From positions 8,618,001-8,682,000 of the forward strand of contig OZ281494.1 of assembly GCA_965637545.1 (NCBI GenBank): a DNA stretch of 64,000 nt, in the 5' to 3' direction. Under the pieces are notes generated by a model. It ran no database searches. It was not told where the DNA came from and saw only the letters and a list, made by a program, of their open reading frames with translations. The position numbers and the translations under genes are program-made. Origin of the DNA: Phallusia mammillata. Lineage: Eukaryota. Each line of letters starts with the position of its first letter. The stretch's first letter is position 1. Below are positions 12,939-27,513 of this stretch, piece after piece.

Positions 12939-13133
12939 CAGTGGTTGGCAAGCTGGTCCGCGAGGGGCTTGTTACCGGGCCGCAGAAAACTTTCTCAAGG
13001 TTTACATTATATCAAAGTTGTAATAACTGTAATTAGTTTTCAGTGCTGAACATCCGTGGTTTTTAAAGGCCGGTCCGTGATAAAAAAATCAGTTTCAAAC
13101 CGGCCCGCAGTGCAAAAAAGTTGCCGACCCTTG
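12939..13133. mobile_element. hAT (Charlie/Buster-type) MITE, 195 bp
   Basis: TIR CAGTGGTTGGCAA / CAAGGGTCGGCAA; TSD CTTTGTAT / CTTTATAT (7/8). Confidence 0.8.
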
Positions 13134-16100
13134 CTTTATATTACTATAACTTTCATCTTTAACCATCCTCCAAAAAAATAAACAATGAATTAAAACAAAA
13201 AATTGCACGATGTTATAGTTTTATAGTTCGGTAGGTAGTGAGATTTAATGCCGGCTTTTCAAATCACAGGGTAAAATTATTTCATTACTCATTCAGTGTC
13301 TAATATGGGTGACAAACCCTATCGCGACAGCGGATTTTTTGCCGTGTATTTTTACGTTTAAAGTCGTAAACTTTTGAGATATAACCAACCCGGTAAAACT
13401 CGCTCGTTACTTGAAATGTTTTCAACGCTTGATCGGAAAAACTCAATACACCATAAAGTCACGTGATTTTCGGCGGCTCGGTGATTGGTCAGAATCTATA
13501 AATAACCGTCCGGGGTTGAAACGCTTCACCCGAATTTTGCGCACTCTCGCTGGGAAAGTTTTGCAAGACTATTTGCAGAACCTCAATAATTACCCCCAAA
13601 CTGTTTTCGGAGTATAACTCAACGATCTCCGGTTCGAAGAAAGCCTAAAGAGACTCGAATGACCTCAAATAGCTGCTGATTTATTTAAATTAATGCAGTT
13701 TTCACATGACCTCTTTTATAGCTTTGCAATGTTGCAATTTATACGAATTTAGTTGCTGGGTTCAGCCGAAGCTAAGATGAATATTACAAATTTGTTCAAA
13801 ATAGAACCATACATATTCAGCGATATACACATAATTACTGTCTCAAAAAAAATTCTTGCACCACATTTCAACTATTTTTGCATTAGGAATTCTAAAGCAA
13901 ACTAGGTCCATTGTAAAAAGTCTTCATTTTATTGAAGCTTATAACTCAATGAGCAGTTACACTGACTTAATTAGTTCATAAGGACGCTTATGCAGCATTA
14001 GATACGCACGCTATGGCTACACTGCAATTGACCAGCAGAATATACTTTGTATGTGCAAGCAGTAACAATTACAACCATAACCAAATCTTCAACCATAAAC
14101 TAAAAGTTTCTAACCAACCATACCCTAACCTTTAATGTATAATGCGTTCTACAGTGTACCAAAACACACACCAAACACAACAAAACAAAAGCCAAGTTTG
14201 GCATCTTGCTACAGGTGAGACGAACTGCATGCAAGTTGGTTTCTGTTCACTGTTGAGTTGATTGAAAAGCGGAAAGCGCCGCAAGCCTTTAAACGTGAAC
14301 CCCGGGAACAATTATGTCTGAAACGCGCCGCAACGGTCAAGGTAAATGGGCAGTATAGTCATTCCTCTGCTAAATTGGGAATTCTTGGAAAATTTAGAAC
14401 ATGGCTTGTGCTATGTAACAGTTGATGTATAAACATAGGATTTAAACAAGTCAATGTAAATTTAATTGGCAAATCTATAGGTTTAGAAAAATTCAAACAG
14501 TCGGTAAAATATTCCTTAAATTGGCTCATTGCGCTTCAAAACGTTCTAAATGATTTAATGGACGTGAACATTTATTGCCAGAACCCGACACGGAACAATT
14601 AGATACTTGAATTAGATTTTTTACTGTGGATTTATGATACACAAGGTTTGTTATGTTATTTCGAAGAAACTGTATTTCAATCGCAGAGAATATACAATAC
14701 AAATTGTGGCGACATCAATCACATGCTGTCAAAGCCAAATTTCTGACACATTACCATTTTAAAGCCTAATTCAAATTTCAGAATTTCGTAGAACAGTTGT
14801 TGGAACGAGCTGGCGACGATAATGAACTGGCTTAGCTCCCATGTTATTGCAACACAAATCAAAAAAACAAGATACTTAAGGCACTTTAAAGGGCCCGGAC
14901 GCAGAGAAAATGCTTTTTATGAAATGAAAACGTGTCTCATTAGTTTCATTAAGATCCGCGAGGCATTCTGAACAGCGTCCTCGCCTCACAAAGACCCGGA
15001 TTGTCCATCAGTTGACCTCTGCATCGGTCGGTACACTGAGGTCAAACCGTCACAAATGAAATGTTTTTTAATGTAAGAGCGGACACATGCATATGTTAAT
15101 TACGTCGGTGCTGCCAAGACGGGTGTTGTTTTAAACCAGGACCGTGCGCCATTTTTCAGGGCAAATAGAGAAACATATACAGCTGTTGGCCACAATGGAA
15201 AGGGCAATAGAAAAGCATATGTCAGGCACCATCCAAAGTTTACCGGTTAACAAACTTTTCTGCGTTGTGGTCTGTGTGAAATTAGTTTATTTATTTCGTA
15301 ATCGCTAACAGCATTGTGGTAAAATTAATCGACTTTTGGGTACAATGTCATTTTAGTGCTCCAAAATCAAGTTAAACCCTTGTCCACTCTTGTGCTTGGT
15401 TTTACCCTTGAGAATTCGCAATTGCTGTTGTCGTTGGAGACATGATGCAGCAAAAAGTTTGTTCTTCCCGTGTCCTGCTGCACGTACTCAAAATTTGTTG
15501 CTAAACAAGCCAAAGACCGAGAAAGGACGAGAAGTTTTTCCCAATAGATTAAAGTCAATACATCTCATTTGTTTTCCCATAGTTAGTGGTCTAAAATTTA
15601 AGTCCAAGTAACTTTAAAATTTCCTTAAGATAATCATTAAACGTTATGATACTTTTTCATTTTTGTCTTGTTTAGGTTTGACAAACCAATATAAGGGTTT
15701 TGAGAAGGCTGCATATGTTCCTTTCTGGGCACAATGAGTTAGCAGCGTCCATTTTTGTTTAAATTCACCGAGCTTTTTGATATGATTTCTATGCGGACAA
15801 AAACAACGCTAAACTAAATTTTTAAACAAGGTTTTGTTCATTTTGGGGGAATTTTTTGAGGACAAACCGCATATAGCTTACCGCTTCTGCGTAAAAACGA
15901 GACGCTTACGTTTTTAACATTGAGTCAAGAATAGAAACACCGAAGTGCCAAAACATGTTACCTAAGTGTTGGAACGTGCTTGGAAGCGTGGGTTGAACGG
16001 AAGTCAACCGGAAGTAGCATCCGTGATTTGACCACAGCAGCAACGTGACTTGGCTCAAATAAGCATCAGTTAAATAAACTTAGCGAATTATAAATAACGC

Positions 16101-19100
16101 AAATATAGTCTGCAAAAAGCAATAAAGTAGAAACTGGCCTAAAAACGAACACAGTCTTAAAAAATCTTCCAAAAATACTTTTTTTGACGTACGTTGTGAT
16201 GAAAATAAACGGCAAGGTCGAGTGGCAAGTGAAAGTGTCAAATTTGTAGGCTTAAAAGAGACCGAAAAAATCACCTAAGACACTAAATTGATTCTTTGAA
16301 CGACGACTGGGCAAACACGAAAGAGGATTAATATATCAATTGTAAAAATCGTTTAGGTAAACATTATTCCAATAAGGAATGAAATCCCAAACGAAACTAA
16401 AATCTTTCCAGCCAATGTAATGTGTATTTTGAATGTGATAGACATGAGTAAAAAAACACATAATATTAATTCGATTGATTATATTTTTTGGACATGTGTG
16501 GTGCGATTTATTTTTAGGTGGCATGCTAAACTAAACTGTTTCCGCAACCCATTAGCCTTGTACAATATAAACAGGGGTGCCACATTGTATTCAAAGTGCA
16601 ATTCGGCGTCGAAATATTAAAATTTTACTGATTGCTTTCGATTTTTTGATCAGGGTGTTCCAAAGGAATGACAAAATTTGTCTTGCATTCGGCGAATTGG
16701 CAAACGTTCGCACCAAATTCGGTGCTCAGACGTTTCCCCGAAGTGAACTATTTTGGTTGTCTGGAACTATTTCCGATCAATTTGTAAATACAGCGACCCG
16801 CTGGATCAACTCAAGACCCCCCTAACAGCCTGTGTCACGAAATATCTGGTCACTTATCAAATCTTCTCTGTTTCTTATTCCACGACAGTGACATTCGGGT
16901 GTAGCTGGTCACTTAAACACGTTTGAGGAGCTAAAAACGGAATACAAACGTAACATGACGTTGCGTCGAGACGGCGGTTTAGGGCACAGGGATTATGTCT
17001 TTTAACATATCATTGTTTTCTATTTACAAAACTAGGGTTTATGGCGGTTTGCTGCACTTTTATGGCGCCAATGCAAAAGGTTATTGCAAGGATTCACACG
17101 ACACGTTAAACAGCCCAGGCCTGAACTTAATTACGGAACTCGTGAAATGACATTAAAGCGCATTGCCGACATTTTAAACACCAAACTTTTGCGCAATAAT
17201 ATAGTAATCGTTCATCAAAAGTTGACACCAATAAAGTTCCAACCCGGTTCAGCAGGCTGTGTGACGTACCTTCTATGACGTATCGTCCGGCCATTATGAC
17301 GCATGCCATTTACAGTTCCGTGTCTTTCCTATGTAATTCGGGAACAGAGTGAAGGCTGAGCCGCGAAGTAGACATGATCTCATGCCAACAGGCAGAAACA
17401 GAAACTGGATCATCATGCTAGCTTTTGTAATAAAAAGTGGCTAAATGATGAAATATCCTTGAAATTGCTCGGACCAAAATATAACCCAGTTCGGGTAAAA
17501 TAAATCTGTTTTATTTCCAAAATATTCACTTCTTAAAAAAACATGCGAAAATTAATCTTGTTTTTTTTGTCAGATTGTAGGTTAATTTCTTAGAAGCTCT
17601 TGTAGTTTGAAATATGTTTTAAGGGCAGTTTGTTTTTAACATGTTTGAGTGTGGGTGCAAAATTTTGTTGATTACTGTAAATGATTCATTTTTTTATTCT
17701 TGACGTTTAATTTTGCAAAACATTGACAAGGCAAGCATTTTCATTGAAAGCATGTTTAAACATTTTGAAACTTTGCAACATAAAACTACAAGCAGAAAAT
17801 GCAACATGCTTGAGTGCTCTACATATTTCGATTTCGTAATCGTCTACTTCATCTATATTACGAAACTGAAATAGCAACATGTGTGACATTCCGTTTGTAA
17901 TTGTTTTCCCGTGCGGTGCTTGCATGAATAAACTTCCTCAGTCGAGTGGTGCTTCATGCAACCCCGTCTAGGCGTTTAAGTGCCTTTCATGGTGTTCTCT
18001 TTATGCTAAGGTTTTTGCTGTGATCGAAACGCATTTGATATCGTCATACACTTCAACACAAGCAGGCTGTGTAGTTATATTTAGAACTCAATGTTATGTA
18101 CTGATATGACAACTATTGAATATTGCCCAGGCAGCGGTACAACAATTACGCGAGTGTACAAGATTTATTTACTAACACGCCCATAGGTGAAATTATGGTG
18201 ATCAGTATCACAAGTGTGTACCATGCAACAGATGGCACAAGTTCGCCTTCCCGTCACAAAACAGAACAAAAAACAGGTAAAGGTGTGACTGATGTCTTAC
18301 CCGTGAACTTTTGCGACAAGAAAACTGCACTTTAAAATTTCATTTCGACCGCCAATCTGCTAAAAATGCAAACTTACGTAATAAGATCAATGAATACATG
18401 ACTCGATTAAGCAACTGAAAAAAATCATGTTTTTAAACTTTGTTTGCTGTACCCAGTTCACAGAAGTTCATACAACTGACTCGACGTTCGAATTTTAAGA
18501 AACTTTTTTTCTCTTTAGGAGCATTGTCCATGTTATAAAGTTATTACATTGTTAATAATAAACCCACATTTACTTTATGTTTCGTATACTTATCTAAAAA
18601 AAAACGAAACAGAAAGAATAAAGAAGGTATTGTAATTTGCCTTTATTTGCTACAATTTGCGGAAATTGGCCGCAAAAAGAAACGAGAAGTGTGCCTCTGA
18701 GCAGAGATTGATATCTACAACAGATGTTACCTCACGGTCGAAATTTAGCCACGGCACTTGGGCTTATCGGGTCAGGTTCAAGGGCGTAACAGATTGTATT
18801 TCAGACGTTTATTCTCAAAACCAAAACATAGCGGGTGAATTCCGGCGAAACGATTGTAAAATGAGTGCAAATTCGTCGTGCGAGGACTTGTCCGCTGACC
18901 CGTTCTGAATATATGTTTGGATGCCACGTTTTTTTGGTTGGGTTTATTTCGTAGGCGGCCCGGTTAGGTAAATGTACTGAAATGTATAGGTTTCTTGTGA
19001 CCGATTTAGGAGGATTTTTTACCCTAAATTGATCTTAGAACACCGGACTTGGTTGCTTTTAGATCAAAGCTGTGTCACACCGACGTGAGAAACGATATAG

Positions 19101-22100
19101 ATTAAAATAGTGGGAAAACTTTTTGCCTTAGTGTTAACGGTATGAAGACAGTTTTCCATTCTGGAAATTTTGTTTATTCTAGATTCTAGAACACTATACG
19201 CGGATCTGTTCATAAGTTCAAAGAGGAAAAATCATCACTAATGATGGCATAAGCATTAGTCAAAACATCTGAATAATAAACCTTGTCGCTTTTTATGTCT
19301 GTTTTTTGCCGTTTTTCCTCATTAAAGTAGTTTATTCTAAATAAATCATAATCCTAAATAACTTGAAAGTTCGGCCTCAAAACGCATAAACCGAAAAGTC
19401 TGTAAACTCCAGAGACGGATAGGGGTGAGTGGGTGAGTGGGTGAATCATTACCCCACGTGCTTCACACAAACCGCGACCCAACTAACCTTGAACACTAAG
19501 GAACCTTTGCGTGAAGGGGCTGCGTAAAGGGAGTTTTTTGAAACCGATTTGTGTTTGTGCTTTTCTATGACCCACATAACACTTCAGAAGAATCACAAGC
19601 GAAACAGGAAATGTAACATGTGACACAAGTTGCTTTTGACGTAATGGTACCACTTGATGAATCATTTTTGACACAACAATGTCGTCTAATAAAATCGGCG
19701 GGGGTTCGAAGGGTGTTTTCCCGTCAACATTCTGGCTTTGTTGAAGAAGGCTTTTTATCAGGAGGACCGCAAAGCGAGTGCTATGAAGCATAACAAGGGT
19801 AAATAGGAGAAAAGGTCTTCCGCCGAACACTTTACACCTTAGCCTATGTTAAGCGTTTAAACTGTTAAGGAAACTAATGATTCACAAAAAAATAAATTTA
19901 GACCAAAAATTCCATTTTGAGAATGAAATCTGTTTTCAGTTGTGAAAAAAAGGTTTTCTAGAATTACTAGTCAATGTACATATCTGTTTTAGCTGTATGT
20001 TGCATATTTGTCTTTGCTAGTCATAAAATTGAATGACGAAATATAACAGAAACGATTCTGCACTATTTGACAACAGAAAATATGCCTTGGCTGAAAAGAC
20101 GTTTCTGCTATTCGTTGTTTGAATTTAACAATTTGAAAATAGCCTTGCAAATTGCTCGACGTCGCTATATGTTCTGTTTCCATATAAGGTCAGAACAGGC
20201 CTAGCGAAATCACAGTTTTGGGTGATGACATCAGCAAGTTGCCTTGTTTAATAATAAAACAACAAATAAGTTGCACAATCGAAGAGTAATACAAATTTCT
20301 TTTTTTTACACCACCTATGTGCCCCACCTTTTTGTTTCAAGTTCTCTTTTCGGTAACGTCACAAGAACAGGTGCTATCGTAGGCGATAATCAGACGATAA
20401 AACACAAAACATGTTCATGTCAACGTCCTCCGCCAATCCATCGAGTCGCACCCTTTGATCGCAGTATAGATGCTTACGACATCGATGGAATAGTCGTAGG
20501 CAGACATTTCTGGTTCCCAGCTACTGCCTACTCAAATTGATAGAAAACCGCCTAAAGCAGCAGATTGGTGCAGACTTATTCCGAATTTAACAATAACAAA
20601 AACTACTTTGTGGTTATGAATCTTATCAAACTTGTTCATCGACTAATTTGCAATTTGTGTAGGCAATTGGGAGAAAATTATCGCTGCCACTGGAAACAAA
20701 ATTAGCTGCGCAAACGTTGCTTAATTATAAAAAAGATGTTTTTTTGTGGTTTTAATGTAATTGTGTCTATGCTGTACGTCTGGAGTCACAAAACGAAAAA
20801 AAACGTTTTTGTAGTCTCGAAAATGCAAAATTCTGTTAAAGTGGAATTTCGGTAAGTGCAAAGTGGAAATCACATAAGCGCCAGTTTTTACAGTTTGTAA
20901 GGGGAGAGAGCAATACATAATTGAACCACATTAAAAAGTTAAAATCTTAAAATGACAAAAACCGCCACCAAAGCGCTCCCTTTTCCTTTTCAACCCCCTT
21001 GCAAGTAATGGATATATGAGCCACACACGAATTGCGGCTCATCAAGATACACCGCTCCCGCAAGACAACCACACGATTGTTTAGGCTTTTTTTTCATTTT
21101 TGATCTTTTGCCACATCGCCTGCGGGCCTTAGGAGGCTGTCTGCATTTGCGCCTGAGCGTTGCACGTCGTCGGCAACCCACAGAGCGTCTCCCACCCGAT
21201 ATTCTCACGCACCACGCAGTTCAATGCAAATTCGGTTTTGTCCGGAAAGAACACAGACATGTTTCCAAACATGGTTGAAGTCAACAAGATAGCTCCATTC
21301 AGGAAAGCTTATATGTTTGCATGTGAAATTTGCGTTTCCGTTTCTGCAGTGGATTCGTCATTATTGTTATTGCACGTGTGGGGTGAGGTCTGCTAATATG
21401 TCAAACGTTTGGCAACGCCTATTATGAACTGTCAATTCCGTTTTATTTCTTATATCAACTTGTATTCTTTCAACTGTTGCAAGATCAATGCATTTTAGAA
21501 AAAAATACTTTTGCATTTTTGTATTCATAAAATGGTTCTTTCGCTTCCTGTGAAAAAAGTTGTAAGCGGTACAAAAAACTTTGGTATGGCTCGGTTGTGT
21601 GATACAATTTTATCAATCAATCGACCAAAATCAATTTAGGTCATTTTTAGATTACGCTTCTTCAGAAAACTAAATTATATTGAAAATATAACAGTTTTTT
21701 TCTGAAATAAAATCGCACCACAAATGAACCCACAAAGGTAACAGAATTCGTTCAGTAAACTTTTAAGTCGCTTCGTGATGAAAATCATACTAGAAAAATC
21801 GTTTAATCCGCTTCTGAGACAAAAAAACACGATCATTTGTAGACATGTCTTTGCAAAGATGCGCATGAGAAACGTTAGTTATAAAACGCTCTTCTCTCAT
21901 TTCTATTGAAAAAAGTGTTTCTCCAAAGTACTTAAAGATAACGGGGTGATTTTTTGGGGGACTTAGGGGATAAAAGTTTCTGAATACTGAAATGTTGACG
22001 CAACGCACGTAAGGTTAATACCCGGACAGTAAAACAATTCTCAAAAACAACAGGTAATGCTGGTTGAATAATTAACAAAAAAAGTCTAGTTTTTATTTTA

Positions 22101-24760
22101 CAAAGCTTACTGACGAATCGTTTATTTTTGCCGACAAAACACACAGTCTCGCATTTTAGGTATTTTCTCCTAATGCACCACGTTACTACATTTTTTTGTG
22201 AACCAAAAAAATCGCGAGGCATCGCTTTCAGTTGGTTAGCCGGCGCTCGAGGCCAAATTTAAAGCTCTATATTTACATAAGCGCTGCGGATAATGCGACA
22301 ATGCAGATATACTTTTAATGTCCAAGAGCTTTCACTAAAAATACGCACAGTAATTAGGCAGGCCAGCTGAAAATAATACTAATACAATTTTTAACGTACT
22401 GGACAAAAAAAGATTACGTAGTAAGTAATATAAGATTGTTTAAGTAATATGTCGTAATGCGGTAATGGAAAAAATGTTTGAATATTCGGTAATGGCCAAC
22501 ACAATTATTTGCATTTATCACTACGTTAATCCTTGCGTAAAGCCAAAAATGGTGTTTTCGTTGCTTTTCCAGGAACGAAAACTTTTACAATTTTGTTTCC
22601 AAGTCAGTGGTGCCAAATTTGTGTCTATATACAACACATCCGTCCATGTTTCCGATTCCGTTTCCCGTTCAGTAGCCACCGCACCTTAACGTGTGCGTCG
22701 GTGCGTGTTGCCCGCAAGAGATTATGAATCAGTTAATCAAGGCACCTTGTCTAGACACACCGCGAGTCCATACTTTTGCGTAAGCTGCAACCAACCACGC
22801 ATAATCTAACTCTAAGGTCGAGACCTTTTAGTATAGAAACAGAGCGGAACCAAATAACCTCGTCGAGGTTTCGCTTTTATCCTTGCAGAGAATCTTAGAA
22901 AGGTGCCAAGGCACCGAAAAATGGTAGCTCTGTTTGTTCATTAATGTGCGATGTTTTGTGTTAGCAATGTGGCATGAAGCCTATTTAATAACCACGGCCG
23001 CTGTGGAAACTGGATTGTCAGATGTAAGGAACGTTTTTCTGATACTGGAACAATAGCTCAATAAGGCGCAACTGTTCGGCAAAACAACTCTCTTTTTTTC
23101 TTAACATGATTGTGTAATACATTTCAGTTTTGTTGCGCAACATGTGCGCCTTCTTCAAAGGCAAACTTATTATTCCATGTAATATAATAAAACCTTTCCA
23201 AAAAAGGCAAATAATTTTTCAATTACAATTTCATTATTTTAACCCAAATAGCAATTAATTCGAATTTTATTGTTTAAAAGCCAATCGAAACAGCATCTGA
23301 GTCAGCCTTGGTACTTTCCTTTAAAAAATCTTTTTACCAAATGATAAAGTAGGTCGTGCTCGTTAAAGGCTCTGTTAAACGAGTCGTGCTTTCATATGAC
23401 ATGATTACAAATTCCCTAAAAGTTCCTTTGAAAGTGTGGACGAAACCATTAAAGGAAAGTTTATTGCACATCGACTTCCCAACCCCATATAGTTCAATCA
23501 AGCTTTGTCACGCAAAGATAAATGCCAGGAAAGTGCTGAGTCATACTGCCACGCCTTGGTTGCAAAGTCATACTTTTATGTGGGGTTTTCCACATGTTGC
23601 ATAATTCCACATGCATCCTTTGGCACCTAATATAAGAATTTTCTCGATTTGTTTGTACGTTCTGCTATATCATGGGGAAAAGGCAATTAATTGTAAAGTG
23701 ACAAACATTTCCGGACAATCACAGTTGGCGTGTCAGTCAGGGCAATTTATAACGCTTCTTTCAAACGTTGACTTTTGATTGACAGCGCACAGCAGCACCA
23801 CCCAGCGGCAAAAATCACTTGACCCGCGTTATGTTTAATTGGCTGCGTACCTACCACAATGGTTTCTGCATTAAAATTGTAAATTTAATAATATTTTTTA
23901 CAGATGTTCTGATATTACTAAAATCGCAAGTAGTAACTCTTTTACTTAAGATTCAAGCAGATGCCTCCTAACAGTTCTAGATGTTTAGTCCAATTATTTA
24001 AATGGAATGATGGTTTACAACGTACTGCATTAAAAATATATTTATGACTATGTGGAGGTGATAAAATACGTAAATTAGTACAATCTGTTGAAAAAACGGT
24101 GTGGTCTCCTAAAAATGGCTTCGCTTTTCCTATGCTGGATTTTAGTCCTGCGATTAGCAACAAACGAGAAACAAAGTATAAGACTAAAAAGTACCTTAAC
24201 GGGTGTCAGTGTAACGTTTTTTTGCTGTTTGATGCTCTTAATTTTGTTAGACTTAAAAATGTAGCCCAAATCAGGCGGTGAATGTTTGGAGTTTTTGATG
24301 CGTTTTTTTTTCAAATTTAGCGAAATTGTTTTACTAATGATTTCACAAAAGAAAATTTAATGATTGCATTTTCGGAAATAGCTTTACTTTACGCCTTATC
24401 GTACAACGCGCATTTATAGTTTAAGTTTTTTACAGCTTTTAAAATCGACGGATATAGCTGCTTAAAATAGAGAGGCCTAAAAAAGATGTTTATGCTTTAT
24501 TTGGTTGGCTTCTTCCATGTCAAGGCAAAGTATAAAAGAAAAATTTGGTTTTTAATTATAAGTATCAGGTCAATGCTCTTTAAAAGCGTCATTTATTTTT
24601 ATTTTCAATTTCAACTGGATAAAGAAACAAACGTTGCCTGAAACCGGTATTCCCACTATTTGTCACTTCTTGTTTCAAAAGCAGTGTTTTGTTTCTAATT
24701 TGTACTATTTTATAGGGACATGTTATAGGTCAAGTTTACTTTGCATTTTGCACATACTTC

Positions 24761-24938
24761 CAGTGGTTGCATTCAGCCGGTTCGCAGCAGTTCTATAGAA
24801 CCGTCTCACGAAATTTTATGAGATCAGCGAACCGGTTAGCATTACTGGTTACTGTCAATGGACTTTTTGTAACAGAACCGACTGAAAAATATATGACTTT
24901 TGTGATAGAACCGGCGGACAAAAAATTTCCCACCACTG
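24761..24938. mobile_element. hAT-type MITE, 178 bp
   Basis: Termini CAGTGGTTGC / CAGTGGTGGG, subterminal GAACCG repeats; degenerate TSD CATACTTC / CTTACATC (6/8). Confidence 0.7.
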
Positions 24939-26453
24939 CTTACATCAGCTGTGAAATGAGATTAAATAATCGCGGTTTCAATCTTGTTACTCCAGACAGA
25001 TACGACATATTTATGTCGCATAAAAGCCATATTTTCGCCGGAGGCTTATCATTTCCCGACATCTGCGTAACAATTACTAAAAGCAACATCCTGAAACAAT
25101 GCAGGTATATTTGGTTCTCAGAATTCTGTTGATTTTGGGCGTTTTATACCCACACATTTATTTCTACCCCGTTTCAGTAAGGTTGATATATTTGTGGCTG
25201 GGTGCAGATTTATGGCGTGTGAAACCACGCATAAAGTTCTTCGAATTGTAAACAGTTTTGATGGCGTTATGTCAGAGGTAACTATATGTTAGAGGCGTTC
25301 AACTTTATGCTATATTAACAGAGGTTCCAGTTCATCAATTTAACCAAAATGCTCATATCGGGCACTGGGCGATGTGTTCAAATACGTTTATCATATATGT
25401 TTGAACATTTGAGTTTAGGCCGAGACTACCTGCATTCGAACATACAAATTGTGTAAATATATACATACCATTTTGCTAGTTTCTTTAATTGGTATGTTAA
25501 CACGTTCCAGAAAAAACACACCAATTTTTATATCCTAGCAATGCGAACACAAGCAGCCTGTGATCTAGGCTCGCTGGGAGAAATAGGAACCTGCAATGTG
25601 ACGAATATGTCAAACAGGTTTGTGCACTCCTATATTAATCGACAATTGCCTAAAGCTTTGTGATTAGTACAAAAGCCACAGGACGTTGTATTTCAAGAAA
25701 CTTGGAGACAATAGTGGAACAAACAGGGGATAAAGGTGTGTCAATGTGTAAAAGTTAAAAAGTGATCCATGAAATGGATGAAGACGTATGTCTCTGCAAA
25801 ATGTTACAGCTTTTAGTGCAATGGTAAATGTTGTATATATTTTACATTGAACAACATTACCTGTCAATTTCTGTGCGTTGGAAACTTTGTGGGGATAGTT
25901 CAAGACTAACAACAGCATGGAAACCTCGATTGTGTATGGCCTTTCAGTATGGCGAAAAACGGGGAGACGCAAAAACTGTTCTCATACGCCATCTAGTGTA
26001 GAATTTGAAAAACAAATTGTGCCACTGGGGAGCGCAAATAGTAAAACGATGTGCAATCTAACAGCTTGGAAGCATTTACCCGACAATACAAAATAAAAAG
26101 AAATTTTTCCCAGCGAAAGCAATAACGAAAGCGGCGGATGTCATCTAATAAGGGGAGCAATAAAATTATTGAATAACTTTCAAATTAAAGTCTGTTTATG
26201 AGCCAAAAAACATCCCAGTGTACAATGCGCGTATAAAAAATGTAAGCATAGAAAAGTTGGACGTAGTTTCGCAAAATATTTATGGGCCTCATGTTTAAAT
26301 CAGATTTTAACTTAAGTCGGAAAGATAAAACGTAAGCATTCGCATATTTCGTGGGTAGCAGCAGTAATACTTAGCACAGTATGGATAAAAAGCAGTTAAA
26401 ATTTTTCTTTCTTGTTTTTCCTCAATTTTTACATGGCTCTACACACCTATAGG

Positions 26454-26830
26454 CAGGGTTGCCATACCGTCCTCATTTCTAAGATTTGTCCTTATTTTGA
26501 TGGCCAATGTCTTAGAAAAATGGATTATCCTTATTTCTAAGAAATGTCCTTCTTTTTGACTTACGTCATTATTTTGTCTTGTTTTCAAAAATTACAAGTT
26601 AAATCACTGCTACAAGTAAAAGTAAACCTAGACCTGAGCTGTCGTGAGATGCACGAAGTATTTTCTTTGAACAAGAAGTTGCTGGAACAGATTATTTCTG
26701 GCAAAAAAAGCATTGTTGGGGATATGTCATGGCTTGTATAAATGCACTGTTTAAAATGTTGGTTTGCATGGTATGAAAAATTAATTTTTCGGTTGTCCTT
26801 ATTTTGGGGTCCATGTCGATGGCAACCCTG
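26454..26830. mobile_element. hAT MITE (CAGGGTTGCCA termini), 377 bp, just downstream of GT31-A
   Basis: Perfect 11-bp TIR CAGGGTTGCCA; subterminal TTGTCCTTATTTT repeats; TSD CCTATAGG / CCCATAGG (7/8). Confidence 0.85.
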
Positions 26831-26942
26831 CCCATAGGGATCCACAAAAAACAGCAATTTGAACCTGAAACTCGTAAAACCACTTTAACATAGGTAGGCA
26901 GTCGCAAAACGTTCAGGTATTTTGGTTATAGGCTACCCGCTG

Positions 26943-27513
26943 TCATTTTGCATCGTAACTGCACAGTGTCACATTTACCAATTTGTCTTTTAACTCTTTC
27001 CACTCTTTCCACATAAAACCTCGTATGTCTCGCGAAGTTTGACCTCTGTATCCCTTCCAATGGGTCGCGACGTGACCACTAGGCTCAAGAACCATGTCCG
27101 TGGGCATGCCCAGTTTTTCACGCAGCACCCCGGTGATCCATACGTCATCCATGCGCAGGGGTTCGTAGCGACGCGAAAGGTCCCATAGTTGGCGCGCGAC
27201 CCGCACAGACGTGGTGTACATGCCTCCGAGACAGAACTTCGGCCATTTAGCCCATTTGTACTCCTCGTTCGAAATGTAATATTTGCTATTGTTATGGCGT
27301 TCGGGTTTGGCGCCTGACCATTCCTTATACATACAAGCGATCGGAAATTCCGGCCAGCCAACCCTCTCTACTCTAGCGACCAAATACTTCAGTGCCGCTG
27401 TCATGGCAACCAGGTCGACCATGACGTCATCATCGGCACTCGAGTAGAATACGTTATCTGGAAGATTGTCAGACGCCCAGCTCATCCCGGCTAATGATTT
27501 CAGCGCAATGTTT
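26943..27513 (-). CDS. GT31 beta-1,3-glycosyltransferase paralogue A, exon 4 (catalytic C-terminal half)
   Basis: NIALKSLAGMSWA, SADDD (DxD motif), WPKFCLGGMY, RMDDVWITGVL; acceptor ttgcag at 27514; TGA at 26943-26945; Galactosyl_T family motifs. Confidence 0.93.

Noticed and set aside
21129-21308. GWETLCGLPTTCN resembling SMAD MH2 GWHPATVCKIPPGCN
   Set aside because: Similarity is limited to a few residues; flanking MH2 motifs are absent and the frame ends in a stop.
22901-23628. 9-bp inverted repeat AGGTGCCAA as possible TIRs
   Set aside because: Too short, with no TSD.
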